DNA of 63,899 nt, counting the filler, from Octopus bimaculoides (Eukaryota): NCBI RefSeq assembly GCF_001194135.2. It is 7 parts of 7 records of this genome, joined end to end, with 100 filler letters (N's around TTAATTAATTAA, not from the genome) between each part and the next. Parts side by side here need not be neighbours in the genome. Positions count along the whole stretch, not along the records: positions 8,690 to 21,294 come from NC_068986.1; positions 21,395 to 34,238 come from NC_068982.1; 5 more parts are not named here. One strand, given 5' to 3'. The notes beneath the pieces were generated by a model that was given only the letters and a program-made list of their open reading frames with translations, was not told where the DNA came from and made no database searches. Position numbers and translations under genes: made by a program. This document shows positions 12,116 to 24,599 of this stretch, piece by piece. Within the stretch, counting starts at the first letter, position 1; every line of letters begins with the position of its first letter.

Positions 12116-12568
12116 TATATATATGTATCTATGTATATTCATATATATATTTATGTATGTATATGCGTGTATGTATACATGTCAATATATATACATATAT
12201 ACAAATATACATATATAATTAGAGTTATATATTTTGTATATATTTGTATATGTGAGTATATATTTGTATAAGTGTGTTGGATTAGTAAACGCGTTGATGG
12301 ATATTTCAAACAGACAAAAAAACAACTTCACAGATGATCAACGTATTCCATCTCTTAGATTTAATATACAGATACACATACATATTTACACATCCTATTT
12401 ATGTAACCATAACTAACTATATATATAAGTGACAAAATGTATATTCTACATATTAATTAATTATTAACGTTAATCAACAAAGAGGGACTCGACATATATT
12501 ACGGAGACAGCTAAAGTCGTATACATATATCATTTCATACATACAATTATACATGCATACAGAAACAT

Positions 12569-12601
<33 letters not shown>

Positions 12602-12961
12602 NNNNNNNNNNNNNNNNNNNNNNNNNNNNNNNNNNNNNNNNNNNNNNNNNNNNNNNNNNNNNNNNNNNNNNNNNNNNNNNNNNNNNNNNNNNNNNNNNNN
12701 NATGTATATGTATGCATATTCGTGTGAGTATATATACACATGTATATATATATTGATATCCAAGATTTTCTTTTTTCTGGAAAACAAACTGCATGCAATA
12801 ATTATTTTGTAAAATGTAGCAAATTTTGTAAACAAACCTCTTTCTCTCTTTTTCACCTTCTTTCTTTCTCTCTCTCTCTCTCTCCCTGTCTCTGTCTCTC
12901 TCCCTTTCCCCCTCTCTCTCTTTCTCTCTAACACGCACACACTCATTAATTAAGAACTCAC

Positions 12962-13346
12962 CTTGTCTGGATGCATCTTTAGTGATCAGTGCCCTCTGTG
13001 GTGAACTTAGGGTAAAAGCATTTGCGGCGGCTGACCCAAGTGAATCTAGAAAAGCCGGCCTCCACGTACTGTAAGGTATTGGGTTTGCGTCCTTAAACGG
13101 TGTCCCATGACCCGGCGAAACGAGGGGTCTTGAGATATAAGCCGATGTCGATAGGAGAACATCTCCTTGAGTTACGGGTCTGGATTTGGGGCTTTCAGTG
13201 TTACTTAGCCCTAACAGTTCCTGTATGGCAAACGGTGAACGCTGCTGCAAGGCCGGGTGTGCAGCAAAGGAACCCGCAGCGAAACTAAAAGAATCTGTTG
13301 AAGACACCGCCAGAGCTCCATAAGTCGGTCGTACAAAATTCATCAT
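12962..13346 (-). CDS. Vsx: First coding exon of a paired-like homeobox gene, probably Vsx/Chx10 (128 codons + 1 nt, phase-1 donor)
   Basis: MMNFVRPTYG...QQRSPFAIQELLGLSNTESP...ITKDASRQ. The eh1/octapeptide FAIQELLG (13209-13232) is of the Vsx type (cf. VSX2 FGIQEILGL). An in-frame upstream stop at 13440-13442 supports the ATG. Strong donor AAG|GTGAGT at 12962/12961. Homeodomain and CVC exons are not seen, so orthology rests on one motif. Confidence 0.72.
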
Positions 13347-13388
13347 CTCGTCTTGAGCGTTTCCACTAGATTGACACGACTCCCTCCT

Positions 13389-14470
13389 GTCGTAGTCGTA
13401 GTCGTAGTAGTCGTAGACGTCGTAGCTGTGGTCGTAGTCCTAGTCGTTGCCGTGGTCGTAGACGTTTTCTTGCCGTCACCGCCTTCGCCGCCTTCCTATC
13501 CGCCGCCACTGCTGCCGACGTTGTAGCTGTTTGTCGTATAGTGGTGGTGGCGGTAGTGGTGGTGATGGTGGTGGTGGTGGTGTTGGTGGTGGTGGTGGCG
13601 GTAGTAGTATTGTTATTGATGGTGGTGGAAGCGATAGTGCTGANNNNNNNNNNNNNNNNNNNNNNNNNNNNNNNNNNNNNNNNNNNNNNNNNNNNNNNNN
13701 NNNNNNNNNNNNNNNNNNNNNNNNNNNNNNNNNNNNNNNNNNNNNNNNNNNNNNNNNNNNNNNNNNNNNNNNNNNNNNNNNNNNNNNNNNNNNNNNNNNN
13801 NNNNNNNNNNNNNNNNNNNNNNNNNNNNNNNNNNNNNNNNNNNNNNNNNNNNNNNNNNNNNNNNNNNNNNNNNNNNNNNNNNNNNNNNNNNNNNNNNNNN
13901 NNNNNNNNNNNNNNNNNNNNNNNNNNNNNNNNNNNNNNNNNNNNNNNNNNNNNNNNNNNNNNNNNNNNNNNNNNNNNNNNNNNNNNNNNNNNNNNNNNNN
14001 NNNNNNNNNNNNNNNNNNNNNNNNNNNNNNNNNNNNNNNNNNNNNNNNNNNNNNNNNNNNNNNNNNNNNNNNNNNNNNNNNNNNNNNNNNNNNNNNNNNN
14101 NNNNNNNNNNNNNNNNNNNNNNNNNNNNNNNNNNNNNNNNNNNNNNNNNNNNNNNNNNNATAGCTGTGATGGGGTCGTTGGTTGTGGTTGAGGTGGTAGT
14201 GCTGATGGTGGTGGTGGGAGCGGGGTGGGGGTGAGGGTGGTGATGGTAGTGGTGGGGTTGTCGTGATGGCAGTAGGGATGATGTGTTGGGAGTGATAGTG
14301 GTGGTGGTGTTATTGGTGGCAGTATTTGTGGTGATAGTGGTGATGGTGGTGCTGGTGCTGCTGCTGCTGATGATGATGATGATGACGATGATGATGGCAG
14401 TGTTGTTTGTGTTTATGCTGATGATGGTGTTAACGTTAGAAACGCTGCTTCTATTATTAGTAGCGGATTA
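13389..14470. repeat. Compound trinucleotide low-complexity tract (GTC/GTA/GGT/GAT) upstream of the Vsx ATG, with an internal gap
   Basis: Directly visible; the poly-V/G/T pseudo-ORFs derive from it. Confidence 0.85.
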
Positions 14471-14477
14471 ATGTCGG

Positions 14478-14882
14478 TCAGCTGGCAGAATCTTTAGGTG
14501 TTTTGGAGAAACAAAAATCTTGGTGGTATTTTCTTCAAGCATTTTTACGTTCTGAGTTCACATCCTGCCGAAGTCAACTTTACTGGTTATCCTTTCGGGG
14601 CGGATAAAATAAGCAGCAACTGAGCACAGAGCTGGTGCAATGGCCTAGTTTTTCCCCATAGATTTCAGGCCTTGTACTTGTAGTAGAAAGGATTAAAGGC
14701 AGCGAGCTGGCAGAAACGTTAGCACGCCGGGCGAAATACTTAGCGGTATTTCGCCCGTCGCTCCGTTCTGAGTTCAAATTCCGCCGAGGTCGACTTTGCC
14801 TTTCATCCTTTCGGGGTCGATTAAATAAGTACCAGTTACGCACTGGAGTCGATATAATCGACTTAATCCGTTTGTCTGTCCT
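14478..14882 (+). mobile_element. Old family-A SINE (14478-14694) immediately followed by a younger, near-consensus family-A copy (14698-14882)
   Basis: The second copy starts ggcagcgagctggcagaaacgttagc directly after the tail tagtagaaaggatt of the first. Confidence 0.85.
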
Positions 14883-14927
14883 GTAGAGTTGCTGGCCTGC
14901 TCCACAATTAGGCAACATTGTTTAGGC

Positions 14928-15263
14928 CAGTAGGTCTCAACCATTTTTTATCTATGGACCCCTTTGATTACTATTTTATTCTGGTGGACCCCATAGTCGT
15001 TTGATGTTTAAACACTAGTTTTATAGAATCTTCTTACAAAATTCCTATTTGTTCATCATACATTCACTTGTGTAGACTGAACTATGTAAAACGTGAGAGA
15101 AATAAACCTAACCGTTTCTTGCAATTAATACATCTATAGCCAAATTTTTCCATGGACCTTTTAAATAATTCTGTGAACCTAATTTGCTATTTTGCTTATG
15201 TGAACCCGTAAAAATCTTATATAGACCCACAAAGGTCATATGAACCCCGGTTGGGAACCACTG
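14928..15263. mobile_element. hAT-type (Charlie-like) non-autonomous MITE
   Basis: TIRs cagtaggtctcaacc / ggttgggaaccactg. The 8-bp flanks gtttaggc and gttaagac match at 6/8 positions, consistent with an hAT target-site duplication. Confidence 0.8.
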
Positions 15264-15659
15264 GTTAAGACCATGTTTTTTTGGTTCTCCCTGATCAAAT
15301 AAGGGTATCATAGCTATCCCTGGAATAAAGAGATAACACTGGAACCCTCACTTCAGCAACCACTGAATCTTTCTATTGCCATTGTTTGGAAAAGAACCAA
15401 TTAATATCCCAAATTGTCTATGTGCAGGTTTGCATATTTCCAGGTGCTCAAACCTCTATGGTCCAATATTCCCCATCACCAATGTCTATTGTCAATCCAC
15501 AGAGTGAGTTTTCCAAAAAGTTCTAAGGCACGGAACAATTAGACATACTTTGGCCTACGCAAAAATTACGGAAGCCACTTAAAGAGATCGTATATTCTGT
15601 TCTTAATGGTAACTAAAGCTACTGCAATGTTGGAACCATTTCCATATCTTCAACAGGTA

Positions 15660-15955
15660 CCTGTGTGGTTTAGTGGTTAGAGTATTCGGTTCACGATCGC
15701 AAAGTTGTGTTAGATTCCTTGAGTAAGTCACTTTATTTCACGTTCTTCCAGTACAACTAAAAAATGATTGCTTCCTGTAATTCAAAGGGCCAGACTTGTC
15801 ACATTCTGTGTATCGTTGAATCTTCCCGAGAACTACTACGTGAAGGATACACGTATCTGTGGAGTGCTCAGCCACTTGGTTAATTTCATGAGCAGGTTGT
15901 TTCGGCGATCGGATCAACTGGAATCTTCGTCGTCATAACCGATGTAGTGCTAGCT
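15660..15955 (+). mobile_element. tRNA-derived SINE family C
   Basis: gtggtttagtggttagagtattcgg.tcacgatcg head, then aagtcactttatttcacgtt..cctgtaattcaaagggccag body shared with 63205-63372. Confidence 0.75.
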
Positions 15956-16054
15956 TTGTAGTTTATTTATATACGTATACGTACACACACAAACATACAC
16001 ACAAATATTTATTTATTTATATGTGTGTTTGTGTGTGTGTGTATGTGTGCGTGC

Positions 16055-16094
<40 letters not shown>

Positions 16095-16128
16095 CAAAAA
16101 GAAAATAATTCACCGTCACTACATATAA

Positions 16129-16177
<49 letters not shown>

Positions 16178-16306
16178 TACATACATATATACATATATAT
16201 ATGTGTGTGTGTGTGAGTGTGTGTGTGAGTGTGTGTGTGAGTGTGTGTATCGATCATAAGGACGCACAAGGCGCCTACCTGCTAGAAAGAGAAGTTAAAA
16301 CTTTCA

Positions 16307-16893
16307 TTTAAACCACCAATAACACTGAAAAATATGACAGAAAATCAATAGAAGTTGGGCGAACAGATTAAAGAATTTTAACATACCAATATAGCCCTAT
16401 GCTACATATTTTCGTATTTGGATATACTCGGATCATGATTTCTGGTTCTGGCGAAAAGCGTTACCTTCATCAGCAAGTCTTACCGAGTGAAAAATTTTCA
16501 ACACGTTACGTTGAAGTCTGCCGGCGTTCTGAATTGTTTTGCGCCAAAATCAGAACAGCTTCAGTGTAAATATCCTAACAATAATAATATCTGTATAAAT
16601 ATTCACTTCTGAATATTTACTTCCTACTAGTATATTTACACTGAAGCTGTTCTGATTTTGGAGCAAAACAATTCAGAACGCCGGTAGACTCCAGCGTGAC
16701 GAGTTGTAAATTGTTTCAGTCGGTAAGACCTGCTGATGAGGGTAAGGCCAGAACCAGAACTCATGATCCAAATATATCTAAATACCAAAATATATAGCAT
16801 TGGGCTATATTGGTATGGTAAAAATTCTTTAACCCGTTCGCCCGACTACTGTTGCTGTTCTGTCGTATTTTTCAATGTTATTGGTGGCTTAAA
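16307..16893. mobile_element. Fold-back (long-TIR) element: about 265-nt inverted arms with a 58-nt spacer
   Basis: The left arm ends ..caaaatcagaacagcttcagtgtaaatat (16573); the right arm begins atatttacactgaagctgttctgattttg (16632). Complementarity continues out to tttaaaccaccaataacactgaaaaat / atttttcaatgttattggtggcttaaa. Confidence 0.85.
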
Positions 16894-17934
16894 CGAGCTC
16901 TGGTGCTCTTTTATGGCTTTAACCATTCTGGGGATTCGGAAAACTTATAAGAACAAAGCAGTTCTTCCACCCGACCACAGCGTTAATCATCTATCCATAT
17001 TGCACCACGAAATTGACCAAGAGCCAGGAATCCCCGATATCCTTGATAGTGACTCTTACATTTCTTTGATGCATATGCTGCACGAGCAGTTTATGAGCAG
17101 AATTGACACTATCTGAGCACGTATCCTCATTCTTTTCTCAGTTTTGAAGACAATGCATATCTTACCATATGCCCAGTTTCTCTTAAAGAAAGAAATTTAA
17201 TTCTATGCAACTAACTGTTAGTGTTGCCACCAACTGCTCTTTAGATGACATATGCAAAGCTTATATGAAAAGCTTATATGAAAAGCATGGGTGCGTTACT
17301 TATCTTTACGCTCGTGTTGTATAAAAGCTTTTGGTTGAGAGGCGCCTGTTTTCGTAATATAATACTGTCGCATTTCATTTGCTAGATAACACTTTTAAAT
17401 GATAGAGTTTGGCTTACATTTGAAGTATTTACGTTCGACATACTATGTCGAACATGACAATGTGCGAATGTCGTTGTTGCTTTTGTCGCCAAATGTTTTG
17501 TCTGTCATGTTCTTTGTTTTTTGAGAATGTTCTGCTTTTTTTTTCTTACCAAAACGTTGTTTTCCATTTTCTACAATTACAAAGTCTTTATGTTTCATAT
17601 TATTTGGTGTTGCTTTTGTTTTCATTTTCTATCTCTGTTTTTTTTTTCCAGTTCAATTTAATTTCTTTAAGGGATGGTTCCTTTATAACGGGAAGCTCTT
17701 ATTGACTTAAAATTAAATGGTGGAAGTTTAACGAATTATTAAGAGGGAGAAAAAAAGACCTTGTGCCCATTACGGAGTGGACTTCCAAATAGTTCTATAA
17801 AAGTAAGCGAAGAGCTAAAATGAAAATAATTTTCTTTAGTTATATTTGAAATTCAACAACAATTCCCGCGCAAATTTAGGCACGTTTGAACAAGTCAGCA
17901 GCGACTACTACTGCTACTGCTACAACTTACAATA

Positions 17935-18545
17935 ATAACCCTTTCTACTAAAGCCACAAGGCCTGAAATTTTGGGGCAGGGGACCCCNNNNNNNNNNNNN
18001 NNNNNNNNNNNNNNNNNNNNNNNNNNNNNNNNNNNNNNNNNNNNNNNNNNNNNNNNNNNNNNNNNNNNNNNNNNNNNNNNNNNNNNNNNNNNNNNNNNNN
18101 NNNNNNNNNNNNNNNNNNNNNNNNNNNNNNNNNNNNNNNNNNNNNNNNNNNNNNNNNNNNNNNNNNNNNNNNNNNNNNNNNNNNNNNNNNNNNNNNNNNN
18201 NNNNNNNNNNNNNNNNNNNNNNNNNNNNNNNNNNNNNNNNNNNNNNNNNNNNNNNNNNNNNNNNNNNNNNNNNNNNNNNNNNNNNNNNNNNNNNNNNNNN
18301 NNNNNNNNNNNNNNNNNNNNNNNNNNNNNNNNNNNNNNNNNNNNNNNNNNNNNNNNNNNNNNNNNNNNNNNNNNNNNNNNNNNNNNNNNNNNNNNGATTA
18401 CAACTAGTACTTAATTTATCGACCCCGAAAGGAAGAGAGGCAAAGTGAACCTCGACGGAATTTGAACTCAGAACGTAAAGACGTACGAAATATCGCTAAG
18501 CATTTTGTCCGGCGTGCTAAAGATTCTGCCATCTTGCTGCCTTAA
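17935..18545 (-). mobile_element. Family-A SINE sequence flanking an assembly gap
   Basis: Tail ctttctactaaagccacaaggcctgaaatt before the gap; body and head gaccccgaaagga..gaatttgaactcagaacg..ttgctgcc after it. Confidence 0.75.
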
Positions 18546-18546
18546 C

Positions 18547-18670
<124 letters not shown>

Positions 18671-18671
18671 G

Positions 18672-18885
18672 AAAATTTTAAAACTTTAATACCTACAATA
18701 TTCTATGAAAATTTTACCCTACTTTTTTTCCTCTCCTTTTCTCACTGAATAACCGAAAATATAAACATCCTTTTTATTGCAAGAACCCTACAGTTTTCTC
18801 TGCCCGAACATCCAAACAGTCATCTTTAGAAAATTTAAAACTTTAATATCTACAACTTTCTACGAAAATTTTACCCTTCTTTTCT
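18672..18885 (+). repeat. Imperfect direct repeat of about 55 nt
   Basis: aaaattttaaaactttaatacctacaatattctatgaaaattttaccct (about 18672) and aaaatttaaaactttaatatctacaactttctacgaaaattttaccct (about 18830). Confidence 0.7.
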
Positions 18886-19989
18886 CCCTGACTATGTAAA
18901 CCCACCTTTTATTGCACCAACAAATTAAACGTACGGTAAAAACTAAGGAGATAAGCACCTGCCAATATATACAAAAAGCACAATTAGGAAAACTGTAAAC
19001 CACAGCAAAATCTATAAAAAGGAAAGGAAATTTTTTTTTAAATCACTCCTCCAAAAAAAAAGAAATTCAAAAATTCAATGATGTAAACAACAGTATATAT
19101 ACATTATTATATATATTATTATTTTTCCTATCAGTAATTAAAAACAGAACAAGTTGAAGGAAGGACGCGTTCAGCTTTCAGTATCTGGGGCCTTGCCTAT
19201 GGATCCTATCTACGTTGACCGTACAGATCACAAATTTGTGGTCCATGTAGCCGATGACTTTGAACTGTAGACAACTTATGCTGCTTCTATCTACAAGCGT
19301 ACAAAATACTCTATCTAGATACGATCTTGAAGATCCGATACAGTTTGCCCATATCCGAATTGGCACATTGAGAAAATCCAATCGGTACCTGCCAGCCAAC
19401 TGGAAGCGACTGAGCAGGCTTGTGAGGCTTTTACACCCACTCTCCTATCGGCTAGCCCCACCCTATCCAGGCGTGCGTCCAAGATGGCGTTTCAATCACC
19501 ATTAAAGAGCATGACGTCCCAACGAAAACCTCCAAACGTCTGAAGAAATCTGGCTGCCTCGCCCTCGTCCTAGTGTATATAGCGACTAGCCTGAACGCGA
19601 CACCTTACCAGGACCATGAAATTACCCTCCAGGTCCAGGAAAATTGTACCTCAAGATCCAGGCATTTCCTAAACAGCACTGCCACCTCACTTCCTATATT
19701 TTTTGGCTTTTTGTGGTTCCTCCTCTACTTCGCTACGGGATGTGGAGGAACCAGTGTCTGTGGAATCTGTCCTTGGATACGTGAGTGTGTTTGTGTTAGT
19801 GTGAGCGTCGCTGTGTGTGTGCTTGAGAGAAGAGGAGCTGGAGTGCTGGCTTGAGAGACAAGAATAAAATAAAAAAAATGAATAAAATCCAATGAGCAAG
19901 ACAGTGGAAGCGAGGGTAATTCAGGACAAAATCCTCACAAAGAGGTGCGCATAATTCTGCTATCCCCATGGCACTGAAAGTATTCATTT

Positions 19990-20345
19990 CCAGCTTCTTT
20001 CCTCTTAACTTGGTAAAATATACTCAGGAATAAACTCGTTTAACATCACCAGTGTTTTGTCACTCACATTCACCCTTCAATAAACTTACCAGAAAGCAGC
20101 ACACATTTTCTTTCTTTACCTCTTCAAATGGTACATAAAGAGGCTGATGAGAGCTTGGGTAAATAGGGGAGTGCCTGTCTTCGAATCTTTCAGACAAGTT
20201 TATTGCACAACTTCTTGCGTCGCAGCTAGAAAGGTTTGCAAGCCCCTTTATTTGAAACAGGAAGGTTGTACGTCGATCTTCATTATATTCTGCGGACAAC
20301 CGGATTCGTCCACAGATAGGAGCAATAGTTCGGCAAACGATATTA
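19990..20345 (-). mobile_element. Decayed 3' end of an L1/Tx1-like LINE ORF2
   Basis: Minus strand ..QEVVQ*TCLKDSKTGTPLFTQALISLFMYHLKR*RKK.. resembles, from memory, the C-terminus of Tx1-like elements (KEVVW.TRLKGLKT.T.LSGQ.L..FF.YHLKRK). Confidence 0.45.
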
Positions 20346-20711
20346 AATCATACAAAAACATACACAGTAGTGGGTGTGAGGCGCAGGAGTGTCTGTGAGA
20401 CGCAGGAATGGATGTGAGGTACAGGAGTGGCTGTGTGGTAAGTAGCTTGCTCACAAATTTGAACTTGTATTTTTGGTAAGAGGCTCAGCGCCTCAATTTG
20501 TAAGGACGATTGTGTCCATTCTTTAAACTGAGGTAAGAGGTTCAATACCTCATTTTGTTTTGTTAGAAAAAAAGAGAACAATGTTTTCAAGAAGCAACAA
20601 TCGGCGGGTTTTGTCTGCTCCCACCAACCATTTCTTTCATCCCATCATCATTGTGTCTTTGTCCAGCCCGCAGCTACTCTTTTTAAGGCTGCATAGCCAA
20701 TTTTATGAAAT

Positions 20712-20852
20712 AAAGTAGCTTGCTTACCGACCATATGATTCCTGGTTCAGTTCCGCTGCGTGGCACCTTGGGCAAATGTCTTCTACTATAGCCTCGAGCC
20801 GACCAAAGCCTGGTGGGTGAATTTGGTAGGCGGAAACTAAAAGAAGCCCGTC

Positions 20853-20897
<45 letters not shown>

Positions 20898-21270
20898 TAG
20901 GTATCTGTGTTTGTTACACCACCATCGCTTGAGAACCTACGCTGGTGTGTTTACGTCCCTGTAACTTAGCAGTACCGCAAAAGAGACCAATTGAATAAGT
21001 ACTAGGCTTACAAAGAATAAGTCCTGGGGTCGATTTGATCGAATAAAGGAGTTGGTCCAGCATGGCCGCAGTCAAATGACAGAAACAAATAAAAGAGAAT
21101 ATATATATATGACAGACTTCTTTCAGTTTCCCTCTACTAAATCCACTCACAAGTCTTTGGTCGGCCTGAGGCTATAGTAGAAGACACTATCCCAAGGTGC
21201 CACGCAGTGAGACTGAACTCGGAACCGTGTGGTTGGTAAGCAACCTTTTTACCATACAGCCACACCTGCA
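20712..21270. mobile_element. Plus-strand family-B SINE (20712-21098) followed by an inverted family-B 5' half (21113-21270)
   Basis: gtggcaccttgggcaaatgtcttctactatagcctcgagccgaccaaag (plus) and ctttggtcggcctgaggctatagtagaagacactatcccaaggtgccac (its reverse complement). Confidence 0.85.
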
Positions 21271-21415
21271 AACACACACACACACACACACACANNNNNN
21301 NNNNNNNNNNNNNNNNNNNNNNNNNNNNNNNNNNNNNNTTAATTAATTAANNNNNNNNNNNNNNNNNNNNNNNNNNNNNNNNNNNNNNNNNNNNTATATA
21401 TATAAATATAAATAT

Positions 21416-21915
21416 AAGTGGCTGTGTGGTAAGTAGTTTGCTTAACAACCACATGGTTCCGGGTTCAGTCCCACTGCGTGGCACCTTGAGCAAGTGTCTT
21501 CTACTATAGCCTCGGACCGACCAAAGCTTTGTGAGTGGATTTGGTAGACGGAAACTGAAAGAAGCCCGTCGTATATATGTATGTATATGTATGTGTGTGT
21601 ATATGTTTGCGAATCTGTGTTTGTCCCACCAACATCGCTTGACAACCGATGCTGGTGTGTTTACGTCCCCGTAATTTAGCGGTTCGGCAAAAGAGACCGA
21701 TAGAGTAAGTACTAGGCTTCCAAAGAATAAGTCCTGGGGTCGATTTGTTCGACTAAAGGTAGTGGTCCAGCATGGCCACAGTCAAATTCCAACCACATGG
21801 TTCCGGGTTCATTTCCACTGCGTAGCACCTTGGGTTCGTATCTTGTACTGTAGCTTCGGGCTGACCAAAGACTTGTGAGTGGATTTAGTAGACGGAAACT
21901 GAAAGAAGCCCATCG

Positions 21916-21948
<33 letters not shown>

Positions 21949-22165
21949 ATGTATGTATATATTTGTGTGTGTTTCTGTGCTTGTCCCACGCCATCACTTG
22001 ACAACCAATGTTGATGTGTTTACGTCCACGTAACCTAGCGGTTCGGTCAAAGATAGCGATAGCATAAGCACAAAGAATAAGTCCTGGGGTCGATTTGTTC
22101 AACTAAAAGCCGGTGCTCCAGCATGGCCGCAGTCAAATGCCTGAAAGAGGTAAACAAATGGAAAA
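21416..22165 (+). mobile_element. Two tandem family-B SINEs; the second is 5'-truncated and inserted in the 3' end of the first
   Basis: The consensus restarts at ccaaccacatggttccgggttca (about 21789) right after catggccacagtcaaatt. Confidence 0.85.
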
Positions 22166-23324
22166 ACTAAACAGCGAATATAATTCTCACAAAATTGAAA
22201 ACCAAGCAACAACACTGGGTGACAAACTTTGTCTGTCCATTCAAATATAAATTCTGTCAACGTTCCTACATTTACTGAAATGGTACCACACATTATGGTA
22301 CCAGATTTTTTCAAAATGCATATAAACGTTATTAATGACAACTACTTTTTATAATTTAAAATGTAAGATAATAACAAGCTGTGGGAGCACTTTACAACTG
22401 AGAGTTTGGAATATTCTTCGCTGATCTATCACATATCAAGTTACATTCTTGATATCTATTTTCGTTACATACAATATTCAAATTCTTTCGAAATGCTATA
22501 TGCTTGGTTCGCCCAAATACATATACTTTCTATACGATAGCACAATGAATATCTTTAACAACTGCTAAATTGCATTAGACTACATCTTGCATAGCAAATT
22601 ATATTACTTTTCTTTTAATACGTAAATTTAATACGCAGTTTGTTAGTTTTAAATATAAAGATATACATTCACATTTAGGACACACACACATATATATTCA
22701 ATGATTTAATTGTAGTGACTTCGCAGTTTTTCTAGGACTTGTCAGATTGCCTGATAGAGCGTAGTGCTGGTGAAAATTCGAAATCAAAGACAATAAATTT
22801 AATTTAAATAATTTACACTTCACTCTTAGTGAGCTTTTCATTTTATGTTCAATGACTTTATTTATATACAGACATCCTTTAACTAAACGGACACGCACGC
22901 ACACGCACACGCACACGCACACGCACACGCACACGCACACACGCACATATAATTAAGGAGAAAAGACAAATTCAAAGGTCGATGTATATATTCATTCAAT
23001 CCATATTAACGAATTTCTCCATAGTATACAACGTAAATACATAGATACATTCATCTATACGATATATAAAAAAATTCTACAAATTTATAAATACACACAA
23101 ATAGACGAAAATTTATAAATATATAAAAATTCATAGACATATAAAGATTTATAAACGCATTAGAATTCATAGATATAAATATATAAAAATATAAGTCCAT
23201 ACATGTACTTGTAAAGTCCAGATGTTCGAATTTGAATCAATGAAGAGGAAGTTAAAAAGCGAATGTAAAATGATTCATAAGGAATCTTAAACATGTATAA
23301 AATCTGTATAAAAACATATATAAA

Positions 23325-23640
23325 AGCATGAGATTGATAAAATTGTTACAGCTGAAATTCCTTATCCCCAAAACGCATTGACGTCACATCTTTATTCCTT
23401 GATGAAGAAACACATGATACATGGACCTTACTGTAAAAGATATCCAAAAGATTACAGATCACAAACCTTAATTGGAAATGATTCTTCTCCACAATATCAT
23501 CGCCGAAACCATCCAGATGGCTTCACAGCTTCAATACATATTGGAAATAGAGAAATTGTTGTTGATAATCGTTATGTAGTTCCTTATAATGCTTGGTTGT
23601 TGCAGAAGTACGAGGCGCATATTAAACTTGATTAATAAAG
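23325..23640 (+). mobile_element. Helitron Rep fragment, paralogous to 25745-26055
   Basis: IDKIVTAEIP..MKKHMIHGPYCKRYPK..YHRRNHPDG..EIVVDNRYVVPYNAWLLQKYEAHI. The MIHGPC and DNR.VVPYN..LL.KY.AHINVE motifs are diagnostic of Helitron Rep. Confidence 0.85.
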
Positions 23641-23747
23641 TCTTACGTCCGTTTCGAAAAGATATAGGTTCCTATGGGTGAGCTAACTCCAACCATAGTA
23701 ATTCCCTATATTTCTCTCATTAGAGTTGATAGATTCATGTATATTTG

Positions 23748-24065
23748 TGGAGGCACATGGCCTAGTGGTTAGAACAGTGGACTCGCCGGTGAGGGATCGC
23801 GGGTTCGAATCTCAGACTGGGCGATGTGTGGGCTTATAAGCAAAACACCTGAGCTCCACGCGGCTCAGGCAGAAGGTAATGGCGAACTTCTGCTGACTCT
23901 TTTGCCACAACTTTCTCTCACTCTTTCCTCCCGCATCTAGCAGCTCACCTGTGGCGGGCTGCTGTTCTGTCTAGGTGGGGAACCTATACGCCAATGAAAT
24001 CGGAAAACCAGCTCTTATGAGCAAGGCATGGCTCGAGAAGGAACAAACAACAAAAACACACGTAC
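23748..24065 (+). mobile_element. tRNA-derived SINE family D with LINE-like 3' tail
   Basis: A box tggcctagtggtt and B box gggttcgaatctc; ends ggcatggctcgagaaggaacaaacaacaaaaac. Confidence 0.75.
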
Positions 24066-24543
24066 ATTTACATGTTTTACGTGATATGAGGAAAAATTTG
24101 TTTAAAGGGTTATGCATATTTTCCGTCATGTTTTGGTTAGAAAAATACCATTGCCAAGTCAATTCATCCATTAATGTTTCGAGACATTCTTTATCTGAAA
24201 GAAAACATAAATCCAACGTTCAGCATTTTATTAGTTATAACAGTATTCCCATGATATTTTGCATCATAATGTAAAGCGCGTGAGCAACACGTCAATACTG
24301 CAAGCATTTCATTCATATTACAAGGCAGAAACGTTACTTGCGAATGGGTTTGCAACCACCGATACTGTTCGAAGCTAAACATACAGGAACAATAAGGAAA
24401 CTTGTATCGGCTTTTAATACAAACGATTCAAGCTCAACATGACACTGTCTATAGCATATGTGCATTTATATCTTTAACACATACACACACGCACACATAT
24501 CTGTCAGGTATGAATATGATTATGCCTAAATATACCTGTGTGC

Positions 24544-24594
<51 letters not shown>

Positions 24595-24599
24595 AAGAA

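Noticed and set aside
15290-15655. Possible APE-endonuclease remnant (LVMGNIG..)
   Set aside because: Similarity is too faint to support a call.
17432-17452. Perfect 21-nt palindrome gttcgacatactatgtcgaac
   Set aside because: Short and isolated; no supporting context to assign a function.
19140-19800. ORFs at 19254-19505 and 19573-19854 as host exons
   Set aside because: No recognisable domain or splice context, stops in the most protein-like frame, and adjacent to LINE debris; probably decayed retroelement, unclassified.
23748-23830. tRNA gene (also 6418, 15660, 63300)
   Set aside because: A/B boxes are present, but there is no complete cloverleaf and each continues into a SINE body; these are tRNA-derived SINE heads.
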